Origin: Eubacteriales bacterium
GTDB lineage: Bacteria; Bacillota; Clostridia; Oscillospirales; UBA644
Assembly (NCBI GenBank): GCA_045652445.1
Contig: JAZRUJ010000028.1
Coordinates: 3,478 to 67,477, forward strand
DNA length: 64,000 bases
Direction: 5' to 3'
The notes beneath the pieces were generated by a model. That model had not been told where the DNA came from. It ran no database searches and saw only the letters and a list, made by a program, of their open reading frames with translations. The translations under genes and the position numbers were made by a program. Below are positions 10,267-19,921 of the stretch, piece after piece (position 1 is the first letter of the stretch; each line of letters begins with the position of its first letter).

Positions 10267-10730
10267 CGGGTCAACCCCATTCCTTGTAAGATTGCTTCCT
10301 GACGAGTAAACATCTCTTTTTCCTGTTCTTCCCCATCTACGTGGTCATAACCCAGACAATGAAGAACCGAATGAGCAGTCAAAAAAGCAATTTCACGCTC
10401 ATAACTGTGTCCGTATTCTTCCGCCTGTTTTCTTGCCCGTTCCAAAGAAAGAGCCATATCCCCCACGTAAAGGCTGTCCGCCCCTTCTGCCAGAGGATAT
10501 TCTCCCGAGGGAAAAGACAAAACGTCGGTAGCCCGGTCAATTTGCCGAAAATCCCGGTTCAATTCCCGAATGGATTTATCATCTACTAAAAGCACCGACA
10601 ATTCGCTTTCCACAGAAACACCTTCGTAATCCAATACGGCAGAAACCACGGATCGAATCAAGTCTTTCAATGCCTTTGGTGTGCGTTCTTTTCGTTGCTG
10701 ATTGGTGATGCTAACGTAACAACGGCTCAT
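10263..10730 (-). CDS. ybeY: rRNA maturation endoribonuclease YbeY
   Basis: Zinc motif HSVLHCLGYDH. I placed the start at MSRCYV (10730), just downstream of the phoH stop. The longer track ORF overlaps phoH. Confidence 0.9.
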   Translation of the reverse strand: MSRCYVSITNQQRKERTPKALKDLIRSVVSAVLDYEGVSVESELSVLLVDDKSIRELNRDFRQIDRATDVLSFPSGEYPLAEGADSLYVGDMALSLERARKQAEEYGHSYEREIAFLTAHSVLHCLGYDHVDGEEQEKEMFTRQEAILQGMGLTR

Positions 10731-10737
10731 ACTTTTC

Positions 10738-11715
10738 TCATTTCTTCCGGCAATCCGGATGGTTGTTCTGACCTGAAAAACAGTCGTACGCATGGATAAT
10801 TTTTTGAACCAATGCATGGCGGACCACGTCTTTTGCCGACAGTTTTTGAATGGAAATATCTTCGATATTCTCTAAAACTTTCATCGCCTGTTTCAAGCCG
10901 CTCTGCTTTCCGTCGGGAAGGTCAATTTGGGTGATATCCCCGGTTATAACGATTTTAGACCGAAAACCCAAACGGGTCAAAAACATTTTCATCTGCTCAC
11001 AGGTGGTATTCTGTGCTTCATCCAGAATAATAAAAGAATCGTCCAGCGTACGTCCCCGCATATAGGCAAGGGGGGCAACTTCGATGATATTCTTCTCCAT
11101 ATAGCTGCGATAGGTCTCAACACCTAAAAAATCAAAAAGGGCATCGTGGAGAGGGCGAAGATAGGGATCTACTTTGTCCTGCAGATCCCCGGGTAAAAAG
11201 CCAAGCTTTTCCCCCGCTTCCACGGCAGGACGAGTCAAGACAATCCGGTCGACCTGTTTATTCCGAAGAGCAGTTACCGCCATGGCAACGGCAAGATAGG
11301 TCTTCCCCGTACCCGCAGGACCGATTCCCAGGGTGATGGTATTGGAACGGATGGCAGAAACGTATTCTTTTTGCCCTAAAGTCTTGGGCTTAATGGGCTT
11401 TCCCCGGGAAGTGATGCAGATACAGTCTCCCCCAAGGTCGGACAGCGATTCTTCTTTCCCTTCCCGCACCGAAAGGATAAAATAACCTACGTTTTGAGCG
11501 TCAATCAATTCTCCTTTTCGGGCAAGAGTAATCAGCAGTTCAATCACCTTAACGGCATCTGCCACATTCTCCGGATCTCCCACAATTTTCAGTTCTTCTC
11601 CTCGATTGGTGACAGAAACCCCCAATTCGGTTTCGATCCGACGGATGTTTTCATCCAAATGACCGAACAGATTGGAGATCAGATCGAGAGATTCCAATTC
11701 CAAGATTTTTTCCAC
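10738..11715 (-). CDS. phoH: PhoH-family ATPase
   Basis: Walker A motif GPAGTGKTYLAVA, Walker B motif FIILDEAQN, and a PhoH C-terminal region. Confidence 0.9.
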   Translation of the reverse strand: MEKILELESLDLISNLFGHLDENIRRIETELGVSVTNRGEELKIVGDPENVADAVKVIELLITLARKGELIDAQNVGYFILSVREGKEESLSDLGGDCICITSRGKPIKPKTLGQKEYVSAIRSNTITLGIGPAGTGKTYLAVAMAVTALRNKQVDRIVLTRPAVEAGEKLGFLPGDLQDKVDPYLRPLHDALFDFLGVETYRSYMEKNIIEVAPLAYMRGRTLDDSFIILDEAQNTTCEQMKMFLTRLGFRSKIVITGDITQIDLPDGKQSGLKQAMKVLENIEDISIQKLSAKDVVRHALVQKIIHAYDCFSGQNNHPDCRKK

Positions 11716-11730
11716 GGTACTTCATCCTTT

Positions 11731-12921
11731 TTAATCTTCAAAATAAAACGCTTTGTCTTCGCAAATATCAACGATTACACTTCTTACCCGAGTCAAAACC
11801 AGCCGATCGTCGTAACAATCTACCGTTTCTTTCATAGACTCCACTTCCACCCCGTAATACCGCAACCGATCCGCTTCATCCAACCGTTTTCGAGCTTCTT
11901 GTTCCGCCTCTTCCGGAGTAATATCTACCGAAGCAGAAACAACCTCGTAATAATACGTTTCCGTTAAACTGACGGGAAAAACACAGTCTTTTCCAAAAGA
12001 AAGCCGTTTGGTTTGACATTCGGTTTCGTATTCAGAATAAGGACAGGAATCCCAAGGAGTAGAGGTAAAGGTTCTTCCAAAAAAATTCCATTCACGGACA
12101 ACCATACAACGACCGGTGCGAATCGCTTTCGTTTCCACAAGAGGAACCGTCTCGCTTTGGGTATCGGTAATCCGTGCCATAATCTTTGCCTTAGCATGAA
12201 CAACGTAATACCCTAACCGAGTATCCATAATCCCGCCTACGAGAAGATCGCCTTTTTGTACCGTCTGCCCTTTCTGAACGTAACGCATTCCCGATTGCAC
12301 CAGAACGGAAACAATCTGACCGTCCCGGGAGGCGACGATATTACAAGGAGTTCCGTCGTCCACAGCTTCCGGAACCGGTTCGGAAAAATGAACTTCTACC
12401 ATTGCCCGGCAACCGTTCATATTCACCGAAACAAAAGAAATCTCATCCATGGTAAGCATCAGCTGATAGCGAAGATTTTTATAATCTACGGTGGGAATAA
12501 AAGAGCCGACACCAAATCCCTCATCCAACAAAACCGATTGAATTTTTTGCCGTTGGACGGGATCTGCGGAGGGAATTTCTACCGACCAGACGAATCGACT
12601 CAAAAGAAACAGGGAAATTACGTACAGTCCGATCCCCAAAAAGAGCCCGGGACGGAACCGATATCTCTTTAACATTACGGGAAGCCCTATCTGTTGAGGA
12701 AATTCCAACGTAACGCCGCTTTTTCGGGCAAGAGCATCCAAATGTTTCACAGAAAATAAAAACACTTTTGCCTGTATAATTCCAGGACATTCCCGACGGA
12801 TTTCCCACAAATCAATCTGCTGTTTCATGCAAAGCGTAATAAATTTTTCGCCGTACGCTCCCCGGATCTCAATTCGGGCATATCCAATCAACCAACGAAG
12901 GCAAGACCATAAAAACACCAT
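11731..12921 (-). CDS. yqfD: Sporulation protein YqfD
   Basis: About 396 aa with a single central TM segment. It lies directly downstream of yqfC, which is the conserved yqfC-yqfD-phoH order of endospore formers. Confidence 0.8.
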   Translation of the reverse strand: MVFLWSCLRWLIGYARIEIRGAYGEKFITLCMKQQIDLWEIRRECPGIIQAKVFLFSVKHLDALARKSGVTLEFPQQIGLPVMLKRYRFRPGLFLGIGLYVISLFLLSRFVWSVEIPSADPVQRQKIQSVLLDEGFGVGSFIPTVDYKNLRYQLMLTMDEISFVSVNMNGCRAMVEVHFSEPVPEAVDDGTPCNIVASRDGQIVSVLVQSGMRYVQKGQTVQKGDLLVGGIMDTRLGYYVVHAKAKIMARITDTQSETVPLVETKAIRTGRCMVVREWNFFGRTFTSTPWDSCPYSEYETECQTKRLSFGKDCVFPVSLTETYYYEVVSASVDITPEEAEQEARKRLDEADRLRYYGVEVESMKETVDCYDDRLVLTRVRSVIVDICEDKAFYFED

Positions 12922-12924
12922 GGC

Positions 12925-13158
12925 TTACCCCTCAAATTCCACAGAATCCACCATTCCGCGAATCAATACGGCGTTTTCTGTAAGACTGCACAGGTCAAGG
13001 CATCGTCCATTGATACGGACAAACCGTTTTCCGGCACGAAGTTTTACCGTTTCCGGTTCATACTCCAAGATTCCCTCACAGGAACCCACCCAAACCCGGG
13101 TGTTTCCCGACAATTCAATCAACGGAAATTCTGACCATTGAGGCTGACGTTGTTTCAT
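12925..13158 (-). CDS. yqfC: Sporulation protein YqfC (YabP/YqfC family)
   Basis: Small protein with the GNTRVWVGSCEGILEYEPETVKLRAG... pattern. I chose the ATG at 13158, which is preceded by AAGGAG at 8-nt spacing. Confidence 0.75.
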   Translation of the reverse strand: MKQRQPQWSEFPLIELSGNTRVWVGSCEGILEYEPETVKLRAGKRFVRINGRCLDLCSLTENAVLIRGMVDSVEFEG

Positions 13159-13275
13159 TCCCACCACTCCTTCGCTGAATGATATTCAAAACGCGAAGTA
13201 GATATGCGGAACGAAACAGTACTATTATATTTTATATATTCTAAAATATTATAACACAGAACAAAAAATTTGTCA

Positions 13276-13302
13276 ATATAAAAAACCCACCTAACGGTGG
13301 GT
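13276..13302 (-). terminator. Intrinsic terminator downstream of the GNAT/QueG-like gene
   Basis: On the minus strand the stem is ACCCACC / GGTGGGT, followed by TTTTTTATATT. Confidence 0.7.
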
Positions 13303-13307
13303 TTCTT

Positions 13308-14408
13308 TCACTCTTTTCGGGGACAACAACGAACACATTGATCACATTCAGCATACCGTCCGGTTTGGGAATAGGAACGGGATCGGTATTCCAAACAAGC
13401 AGATTCATCAATCAGGTCTTTTCGTGGTACTTTGGTCGACCATTTTTTATTTTTCAGGCATTCCACGGGACAGGCGTCTACACATTTTCGGCAGTCTCCG
13501 CAATGGTTTCTTCGAACGTGGGTATTGACCGGTAAAAGAGAGTTTAAATAAATTCGACACGAAACGGTCTGTGAACCATACACCCGGTGTACTACGCGAT
13601 CGTTTTTTCCAAGCCACCCCAATCCGGCACGCATTGCCGCCGCTTTTCGGGCAAGACTTTCGTCTACGTCGTGGCGATGCAAAGGCATGGGAAGATTTTG
13701 AATGCCGAGATCGTTCAAATAGTTGGAAATAGAGCGTAACACCGTATTCAAATGTTCTTTTTCACGCAGCAGCATCTCATGATACGATTCATCACTTTCC
13801 AACCCGGTACAGTGATAAGGACGCATCAAAACAAGAGCCGTAGGATAGGTATCACAATAAGGATCTTCGTCTACGGCGTAAAATCCGTAAACAAGATCCG
13901 CATATTGGTCCAACGTTTCGCACAAATCCAAATAAAACAGGATTTTTTCATCGATGGTAAGAGTTAGAGAAATTCCGTCGTCGGTTCCTCGTTTTGCGGG
14001 TGCAAATCCCATACTCATAAACCATTTTCGCTCTTGCTTTTTATTGGGATCGGTTTGCAAAAGCACCGTTCCGCCGCCCCTCTCCGCAACAGAACGAATC
14101 ATGGAACGAACCAATTTTCCACCGGCTCCGTCATGACGATACAAAGGGTCAACGGCAATATGAGAGATTCGATAGGTATTATTTTTTAAGTCACGAAGAA
14201 TACCAAATCCAATTTGAGAAGCACCCTGGAACACGCCAAAACACTCGGTTTGTTCCAATTTCTTAAACATATTCGTTTTTTTAGGCAAATTGTCAGCCGC
14301 AGATCTCCGGTCGGAAGAATTGTTGAACGCAGCGTATAAAATCCGGAAAGAATCCTGCTGTACACCGGGACGGGATACGTCCAATTTCTTCACGATATAT
14401 TTCGCCAC
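13308..14408 (-). CDS. Fusion protein: N-terminal GNAT acetyltransferase plus C-terminal QueG/reductive-dehalogenase-like 2x[4Fe-4S] domain
   Basis: GTG start with AAAGGAGGG at 7-nt spacing. The N-terminal roughly 140 aa are GNAT-like (ISHIAVDPLYRHDGAGGKLVRSM). The C-terminal half carries AGLGWLGKN and two ferredoxin-type clusters (CGDCRKCVDACP and CDQCVRCCP), as in epoxyqueuosine reductase. Confidence 0.6.
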   Translation of the reverse strand: MAKYIVKKLDVSRPGVQQDSFRILYAAFNNSSDRRSAADNLPKKTNMFKKLEQTECFGVFQGASQIGFGILRDLKNNTYRISHIAVDPLYRHDGAGGKLVRSMIRSVAERGGGTVLLQTDPNKKQERKWFMSMGFAPAKRGTDDGISLTLTIDEKILFYLDLCETLDQYADLVYGFYAVDEDPYCDTYPTALVLMRPYHCTGLESDESYHEMLLREKEHLNTVLRSISNYLNDLGIQNLPMPLHRHDVDESLARKAAAMRAGLGWLGKNDRVVHRVYGSQTVSCRIYLNSLLPVNTHVRRNHCGDCRKCVDACPVECLKNKKWSTKVPRKDLIDESACLEYRSRSYSQTGRYAECDQCVRCCPRKE

Positions 14409-14477
14409 GAAACTCCCTCCTTTCTGTCCGAAGACGAATAATTTGAAATGTAACTATCATAGGTTTTTGTGGTGGTT

Positions 14478-15989
14478 ATGATGATAAAAAGAGAATTTAT
14501 AAAAAATGCGATTGCAGTCTCCGCCGTCTCCCTGATTATGAGTTCGGTTGGTGTCTTATTTCGAACCTATGCATCTAATCGGGTCGGCTCGGAAGTAATG
14601 GGGCTGTTGCAGTTAATTATGTCGGTTTATCTTCCGGCTTGCACTTTGGCGTCGTCGGGAGTATACGTTGCATCGACTCGACTTTGTTCTGAAGCCTTGG
14701 CAAAAAAGAGTAAAACCATAGAAGGAATCTTAAATCGCTGTATTTTATATGGGTTGATCTTTGGCATGTCCGCCTTTTTGATTCTCTTCTTCGGTGCAAA
14801 TGTAATTTCCACCCTTTGGTTATCATACCCCGATGCGGAAATTCCCTTAAAAATTTTATCTTTCGGGCTCCCTTTTTTGTCCATAGCAAACGCATTGCAG
14901 GGATTCTTCCTTTCTCTGCGAAAAGCGACGTATTCTACGGTGCTGCAGGTAACCGAAGACTTGTCAAAAATCGGGGCTACCATTCTTCTTTTTGCCATTT
15001 TTCTGGAAAAAAGTCCCCATGCGGCACTTTGTGCCATGGTTGCCGGAATGGCGGTGGGAGAAACGGTGTCTTGTCTGATCGGATATGTTTTATACCGGAG
15101 AAAAATGCACCAAAGTCCCTCTCAAGAACCGTGTAAACCAGGAATTTTAAGGGAAATTATTAAAATTGCTCTCCCCTGTGCTTTTAGTGGATATCTTCGA
15201 TCGGGAATCGGCATGATTGAAGGAATTTTGGTTCCAAAGGGGCTTCAATCCTTTGGGCTTACCTCGGAGCAGACCCTGTCCGTCATGGGGAAATTTGAGG
15301 GAATGGCACTTCCCATTCTAATTTTCCCCGCAACCTTTTTGGCAGTAGTATCAAAACTACTGGTTCCGGAAATCACAGCAGAACACACCCTGGGAAACGA
15401 GAAAGACAACATAAAAACAATTTATTCCACTCTAAAATGGACCTTAACTTATAGCATTTTTTTGGCTGTTTTTGTAGGACTGTTCGGGAACGATCTTGGC
15501 ATGGCGATCTACAGAGATAAAACCTGCGGTCTTTATCTGACAATCCTTGCCCCTCTCGTCCCAATTCTCTATACAGATCGAGTTGTAGACGGAATCATGA
15601 AAGGGTATAACCAGCAACTGACTACCATGAAAATTAACCTGGCAGACACCGTAATACAAACGTTAGGAGCCTGGATCATCATTCCAAAAACGGGAATTGT
15701 GGGATATATTGCTCTTTTCTGTTTCGGGGCAGTATTTAATTTCAGTCTTTCGCTTTATGGTTTGAACAAAACCGGCGTTTTGCGGTTTCCCGTTAAAGAT
15801 GGAATTGTAAAACCGTTGTTTTATTCCCTAGCCGCAACTCTTCCATTGAAAGTACTTCGAAAAATCTTCCCTCTATCCGTTTGGATCTGGGCAGGCACTT
15901 CGGCGATTCTGTTTTTATTCTTTCAACAAATCTGCAAAAACAATTCCCAAAAAACAGGAAATGTCAAAAGGCTTCTTTCCCGGAGATAA
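14478..15989 (+). CDS. MOP-superfamily flippase, SpoVB/MurJ-like polysaccharide biosynthesis protein
   Basis: About 500 aa with 12-14 predicted TM segments. The N-terminus FIKNAIAVSAVSLIMSSVGVLFRTYASNRVGSEVMGLLQL resembles SpoVB. The start is uncertain (GTG at 14469 or ATG at 14478/14481). Confidence 0.6.
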   Translation: MMIKREFIKNAIAVSAVSLIMSSVGVLFRTYASNRVGSEVMGLLQLIMSVYLPACTLASSGVYVASTRLCSEALAKKSKTIEGILNRCILYGLIFGMSAFLILFFGANVISTLWLSYPDAEIPLKILSFGLPFLSIANALQGFFLSLRKATYSTVLQVTEDLSKIGATILLFAIFLEKSPHAALCAMVAGMAVGETVSCLIGYVLYRRKMHQSPSQEPCKPGILREIIKIALPCAFSGYLRSGIGMIEGILVPKGLQSFGLTSEQTLSVMGKFEGMALPILIFPATFLAVVSKLLVPEITAEHTLGNEKDNIKTIYSTLKWTLTYSIFLAVFVGLFGNDLGMAIYRDKTCGLYLTILAPLVPILYTDRVVDGIMKGYNQQLTTMKINLADTVIQTLGAWIIIPKTGIVGYIALFCFGAVFNFSLSLYGLNKTGVLRFPVKDGIVKPLFYSLAATLPLKVLRKIFPLSVWIWAGTSAILFLFFQQICKNNSQKTGNVKRLLSRR

Positions 15990-17001
15990 TGCTCAAATAT
16001 TCCAAAGCAACCTCTTCCAGAGGAGATGTATAAAGGGAATGAGAATCCTTCAAAGGAGCATTTCGCAGAATTCCACGGGGATAAGGAAATTTTAAAATAA
16101 CCGTTGCAGAACCTTTTACTCCCCGTTTTACCGTCACACTTCCGCCGACGGATTCCATTCGACGAAGAACGGAAAAATGACCAAGGTCAATCCCTTCCAA
16201 ATCGTCTTCACAAGGCACGTTTAAGGGGATTTGTAACGGACCGGACACAAACTGAATCAAAACTCCATCCTCTTCCGAAGTAGCGGAAACTCGAACTTTG
16301 GGATCTTCTTGCCGCAACGAAAGATTGGAAAGAACGTCGGTAAAAGTCAAAACCAAGAAATCACGATCGACAGGTACAACGCAAACTTCGGATGGCTTGT
16401 ACTTCACATGCTCAAAGACATTGGAAATCTGTGTTAAAACAGCAGAAGCATCGCAAAGAGAATAGTCCCCTTTGCGATCGCAAATAAGTTCAGTAACCCG
16501 TGCAGAAAACAGAACCTGACGAATCAGTTTCATTCGCAAGGTTTGATACACAAGCATCGCTTTTTCAATTTCACCGGCACGAAGAAAATCTTCGCCGTAC
16601 TTGGTCTGTTTAATTAAAAAATGCAGTGACGGAATTAAATCCCGTCTCATGGCATGAATTAATTCACTATCGGTCATAGCGGGAAAAAGATTCTCCGTTG
16701 CTTCTTTACTGCATGAAACGTAAATGAAAATATAGTCAAAAGTTGCAATCCAAGAATACGAAGGCATGAATAACAACGACAATTTGAGAGAATCGTCGTA
16801 AGGAAGAGTATGATGTTCCCCATTTTCCAAAGAAGAAATCGCCATTTCCAGATCCGCAGAGTCATACCGTGAAATCAACGTATTTTCTCCGGTTAAAAAG
16901 GGAAATCTCCTTTTTACAGAGTGATTGGCATAGAGAACTTTCCAATCGGTAGATGCAATCAAAATAGGAGCTAACACTCCATCAAAATAAGTAAAATCCA
17001 T
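15964..17001 (-). CDS. Soluble orphan histidine-kinase-like protein (PAS-like N-terminus, H-box-like helix, degenerate HATPase_c)
   Basis: H-box-like ELIHAMRRDLIPSL, N-box-like DRDFLVLTFTDVLSNLS, and G2-like GIDLGHFSVLRRMESVGGSVTV...GSATVILKFP. No clear DxGxG box and no TM segments. I moved the start to MDFTYF (17001, RBS AGAGGTG) because a promoter -10 overlaps the track start at 17034. Confidence 0.45.
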   Translation of the reverse strand: MDFTYFDGVLAPILIASTDWKVLYANHSVKRRFPFLTGENTLISRYDSADLEMAISSLENGEHHTLPYDDSLKLSLLFMPSYSWIATFDYIFIYVSCSKEATENLFPAMTDSELIHAMRRDLIPSLHFLIKQTKYGEDFLRAGEIEKAMLVYQTLRMKLIRQVLFSARVTELICDRKGDYSLCDASAVLTQISNVFEHVKYKPSEVCVVPVDRDFLVLTFTDVLSNLSLRQEDPKVRVSATSEEDGVLIQFVSGPLQIPLNVPCEDDLEGIDLGHFSVLRRMESVGGSVTVKRGVKGSATVILKFPYPRGILRNAPLKDSHSLYTSPLEEVALEYLSIISGKEAF

Positions 17002-17032
17002 GTAACACCTCTGGTGCACAAATTTTTTACTC

Positions 17033-17062
17033 ATTATAACATACTGTAGCTTAAATTGTCAA
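17033..17062 (-). promoter_or_regulatory. Sigma-A-type promoter for the kinase-like gene
   Basis: On the minus strand: TTGACA, 18-nt spacer, TATAAT. The -35 overlaps the spoIIID stop codon. Confidence 0.5.
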
Positions 17063-17328
17063 GAGGATTTCTTATGAATTTCCTGTAAAATCCGATATTT
17101 TTCCCGGGTTGCAAAACCACCCCGCAGATGACGTTCCGACTTATTCTGTTCCAGAACATCACGAACCTGCTCATATAGCCCCGTATGATACTCTTTCAGC
17201 CGACAGGTAACATCTTTATGTACCGTAGATTTGGATACTCCAAACTGTTTTGCCGTATCTCGCACCGTGGCACCGCTTTGGGCAATATATGAAGCAAGAG
17301 TCATAACCCGTTGACGAAGTTCATCCAT
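17059..17328 (-). CDS. spoIIID: Sporulation transcriptional regulator SpoIIID
   Basis: 89 aa. The HTH sequence TVRDTAKQFGVSKSTVHKDV and the basic C-terminal region (ERHLRGGFATREKY) are characteristic of SpoIIID. Confidence 0.9.
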   Translation of the reverse strand: MDELRQRVMTLASYIAQSGATVRDTAKQFGVSKSTVHKDVTCRLKEYHTGLYEQVRDVLEQNKSERHLRGGFATREKYRILQEIHKKSS

Positions 17329-17361
17329 TCTCTTCCATCCTCCAATTGTTATTCTGTTAAA

Positions 17362-17390
17362 ATCCTATGATTCTCCGCCTTTGGATATTC
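17362..17390 (-). promoter_or_regulatory. Candidate sigma-E-type sporulation promoter of spoIIID
   Basis: On the minus strand: GAATAT, 15-nt spacer, CATAGGAT. The recalled sigma-E consensus is ATATT ... CATACA-T. This is a by-eye match only. Confidence 0.3.
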
Positions 17391-17402
17391 CGAAATACAC
17401 AC

Positions 17403-17431
17403 TTGACATTTCTATTTTAATGTTGTATAAT
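17403..17431 (+). promoter_or_regulatory. Consensus sigma-A promoter of the DD-carboxypeptidase gene
   Basis: TTGACA, 17-nt spacer, TATAAT. Confidence 0.65.
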
Positions 17432-17469
17432 ATTCATACGAATATTAATTTTTTATGTAGGTACGGGTT

Positions 17470-18873
17470 ATGAAACGACTTTTTGCTATTTTTCTTGCAA
17501 TCTCTCTTGCCCTTTCCTTGGTTTTGTTTACCTCTGCAGAAAAGACACACAACGAACTTCCGGAACCCAAAATCTCCTCCGGAGCTGCGTTGGTTATGGA
17601 CAAAGAGACCGGAACAATCTTATATCAAAAAAATATAAACGAAAAACTCTCTCCTGCGGACACCGTACAGATTTTGACAATACTTCTTGGAATTGAGTCC
17701 GGAGATATCAACCGAACCGTTACGGTTACAAAAGAAATCATTGATAGCGTGGATCGGGAAGGGTCTCACATTTCCCTTTCTCCGGAAGAAAACGTTGTTT
17801 TCAAAGACCTTCTCTATGCCACCATGCTCACTTCCGCCGCAGATGCTGCAAAAACAATCGCCCATACCGTAAGTGGTTCCCCCAAAGACTTTGCAGATGG
17901 AATGAATCGGCGGGCAAAAGAGTTGGGGGCAGAAAACAGCCTGTTTACGAATCCGGACGGTACTTATGATGAAAATCAGTACACCACAGCAAAAGATCTT
18001 GCTGTTTTAACCGGGAAAGCTCTGGAAAATAAAACATTCCAATCAATTTTTGCACAAAGTTCCTACACTATGGGCGAAACCAATAAAAACACTACCGGAC
18101 GTTCCTTTACTACCCTCTGTCTTCTGATGAAAAACAGTGATATGAACGTAAAGTACGAATCTGCCATTGGAGGAAAAACCGGCTGGAACGAGAAATCCGG
18201 ATATAATCTGGTCTCTGCCGCAACCAAAGACGGAAGGACTCTGATTTGCGTAATTCTTAACGCAGAAACTTCCAAAAAACGGTACGAAGAAACCATCGCC
18301 CTGTTCGACTACGCTTTTTCTGCCTATCGGAACGTGGCAGTACCGACAAGCCTTTTAACGCCAACAGAAATTCCCGTAATGCGGGACGGTGTTATCGTCC
18401 GCAAAATTACCGTATCCATTCCCGAGGAAACGTATTTTTCCACCAACGTAGAGTTCCAGGAAGGAACGATGACCGTATCCTCTCTCCCAAAACATCTGAA
18501 CGAAGGCGATACGAACCTTCAGTTGACGGTATCTGCCAAAGATATGAAAAATAACACCGTCGTTTTAGGAACAGTCTCTTTGGACGTAGAAACAAGAGAT
18601 GTCTCTCTGGAAGAAGCACCCGGAGGCGAAAAAGTCGTTACCCCCTCCGTTGCATCAAAAGTATGGAAAGTGATTGGCACGATTTTGCTGATTATTGTCT
18701 GTGTCATCGGTGGCATTTGTCTCTTGATCGCCTTGCTCATTTTGGTCTCATATCTGCAACGCAGAAAACGGAAAGCCTTACGCCGTCGCAGACTGGAAGA
18801 AGAACGGAATGAAGCAGAGGCAGAGGCAAATCAAAATCGCCCCGTGGGTCGCAGACACAAGAAAGATAATTAA
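17470..18873 (+). CDS. Serine-type D-alanyl-D-alanine carboxypeptidase (PBP5/DacB-like) with C-terminal TM anchor and basic tail
   Basis: Signal peptide and a peptidase S11-like core (SxxK region LSPADTVQ, later GKTG). A C-terminal TM segment (VIGTILLIIVCVIGGICLLIALLILV) is followed by an R/K-rich tail. Confidence 0.8.
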   Translation: MKRLFAIFLAISLALSLVLFTSAEKTHNELPEPKISSGAALVMDKETGTILYQKNINEKLSPADTVQILTILLGIESGDINRTVTVTKEIIDSVDREGSHISLSPEENVVFKDLLYATMLTSAADAAKTIAHTVSGSPKDFADGMNRRAKELGAENSLFTNPDGTYDENQYTTAKDLAVLTGKALENKTFQSIFAQSSYTMGETNKNTTGRSFTTLCLLMKNSDMNVKYESAIGGKTGWNEKSGYNLVSAATKDGRTLICVILNAETSKKRYEETIALFDYAFSAYRNVAVPTSLLTPTEIPVMRDGVIVRKITVSIPEETYFSTNVEFQEGTMTVSSLPKHLNEGDTNLQLTVSAKDMKNNTVVLGTVSLDVETRDVSLEEAPGGEKVVTPSVASKVWKVIGTILLIIVCVIGGICLLIALLILVSYLQRRKRKALRRRRLEEERNEAEAEANQNRPVGRRHKKDN

Positions 18874-18904
18874 GAAATTAACACTACAGATAGGAGAAAT
18901 CACC

Positions 18905-19903
18905 ATGATTTTAGTTACCGGAGGAGCAGGTTACATCGGAAGCCACACCTGCGTAGAACTATTGGAACGGGGATATGAAATCGTCATTATGGACAATTTC
19001 AGCAACTCGAAACCCGACGCCCTGGATAAGATCCGTAAAATTACAGGAAAAGACTTCAAATTTTATGAAGCCGATATGTGTGACCGGGAAGCGATGGATC
19101 TCATTTTTGCGGAAAATTCCATTGATGCTGTCATTCATTTTGCCGGATACAAAGCCGTGGGAGAATCGGTTCAAAAGCCTCTCATGTATTACTATAACAA
19201 CCTGATGGGAACCATCGCGTTGTGCGAATCTATGAAAAAATACGGTTGCAAAAAGATGCTCTTCTCCTCTTCCGCCACCGTTTACGGAAATCCCGCTACC
19301 GTTCCCATTAAAGAAGATTTCCCCTTGTCGACTACAAACCCCTATGGAACTACAAAACTGTTTATTGAACGGATTTTGGAAGATATGGTTGTTGCAAACC
19401 CCGATTGGAGTGTTGTACTGTTGCGGTACTTCAATCCCATCGGAGCCCATAAAAGTGGCATGATCGGAGAAAACCCCAACGGAATTCCCAACAACTTGGT
19501 GCCTTACGTTGCCCGGGTTGCCTGCGGAAAATATGAAGCTGTTCACGTTTTCGGTAACGATTATCCCACCCCCGACGGAACCGGAGTGCGAGACTACATT
19601 CACGTAGTTGACTTGGCGTTGGGTCACGTGAAGGCAATGGAAAAAGCGATGACTTGTACCGGAGTTAACGTTTATAACTTGGGTACCGGCAAGGGATATA
19701 GCGTATTGGATATTATTAAAGCATACGAAAAAGCTTGCGGCAAGGAAATCCCCTACGTAATCGACCCCCGTCGTCCCGGAGATATCCCTACCTGCTATGC
19801 TGACCCCGCAAAATCCCTGGAAGAGTTGGGTTGGAAAGCAACCATGGGGATTGAAGAAATGTGCGAAGATTCTTGGAGATTTACGGTCAACAATCAAGAC
19901 TAA
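18905..19903 (+). CDS. galE: UDP-glucose 4-epimerase
   Basis: MILVTGGAGYIGSH Rossmann motif and YxxxK (YGTTKLFIE). I set the start at the ATG at 18905, which follows AGGAGA. The track ORF start at 18809 overlaps the upstream gene. Confidence 0.9.
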   Translation: MILVTGGAGYIGSHTCVELLERGYEIVIMDNFSNSKPDALDKIRKITGKDFKFYEADMCDREAMDLIFAENSIDAVIHFAGYKAVGESVQKPLMYYYNNLMGTIALCESMKKYGCKKMLFSSSATVYGNPATVPIKEDFPLSTTNPYGTTKLFIERILEDMVVANPDWSVVLLRYFNPIGAHKSGMIGENPNGIPNNLVPYVARVACGKYEAVHVFGNDYPTPDGTGVRDYIHVVDLALGHVKAMEKAMTCTGVNVYNLGTGKGYSVLDIIKAYEKACGKEIPYVIDPRRPGDIPTCYADPAKSLEELGWKATMGIEEMCEDSWRFTVNNQD

Positions 19904-19921
19904 TCTCGGAAAGGACCACCT

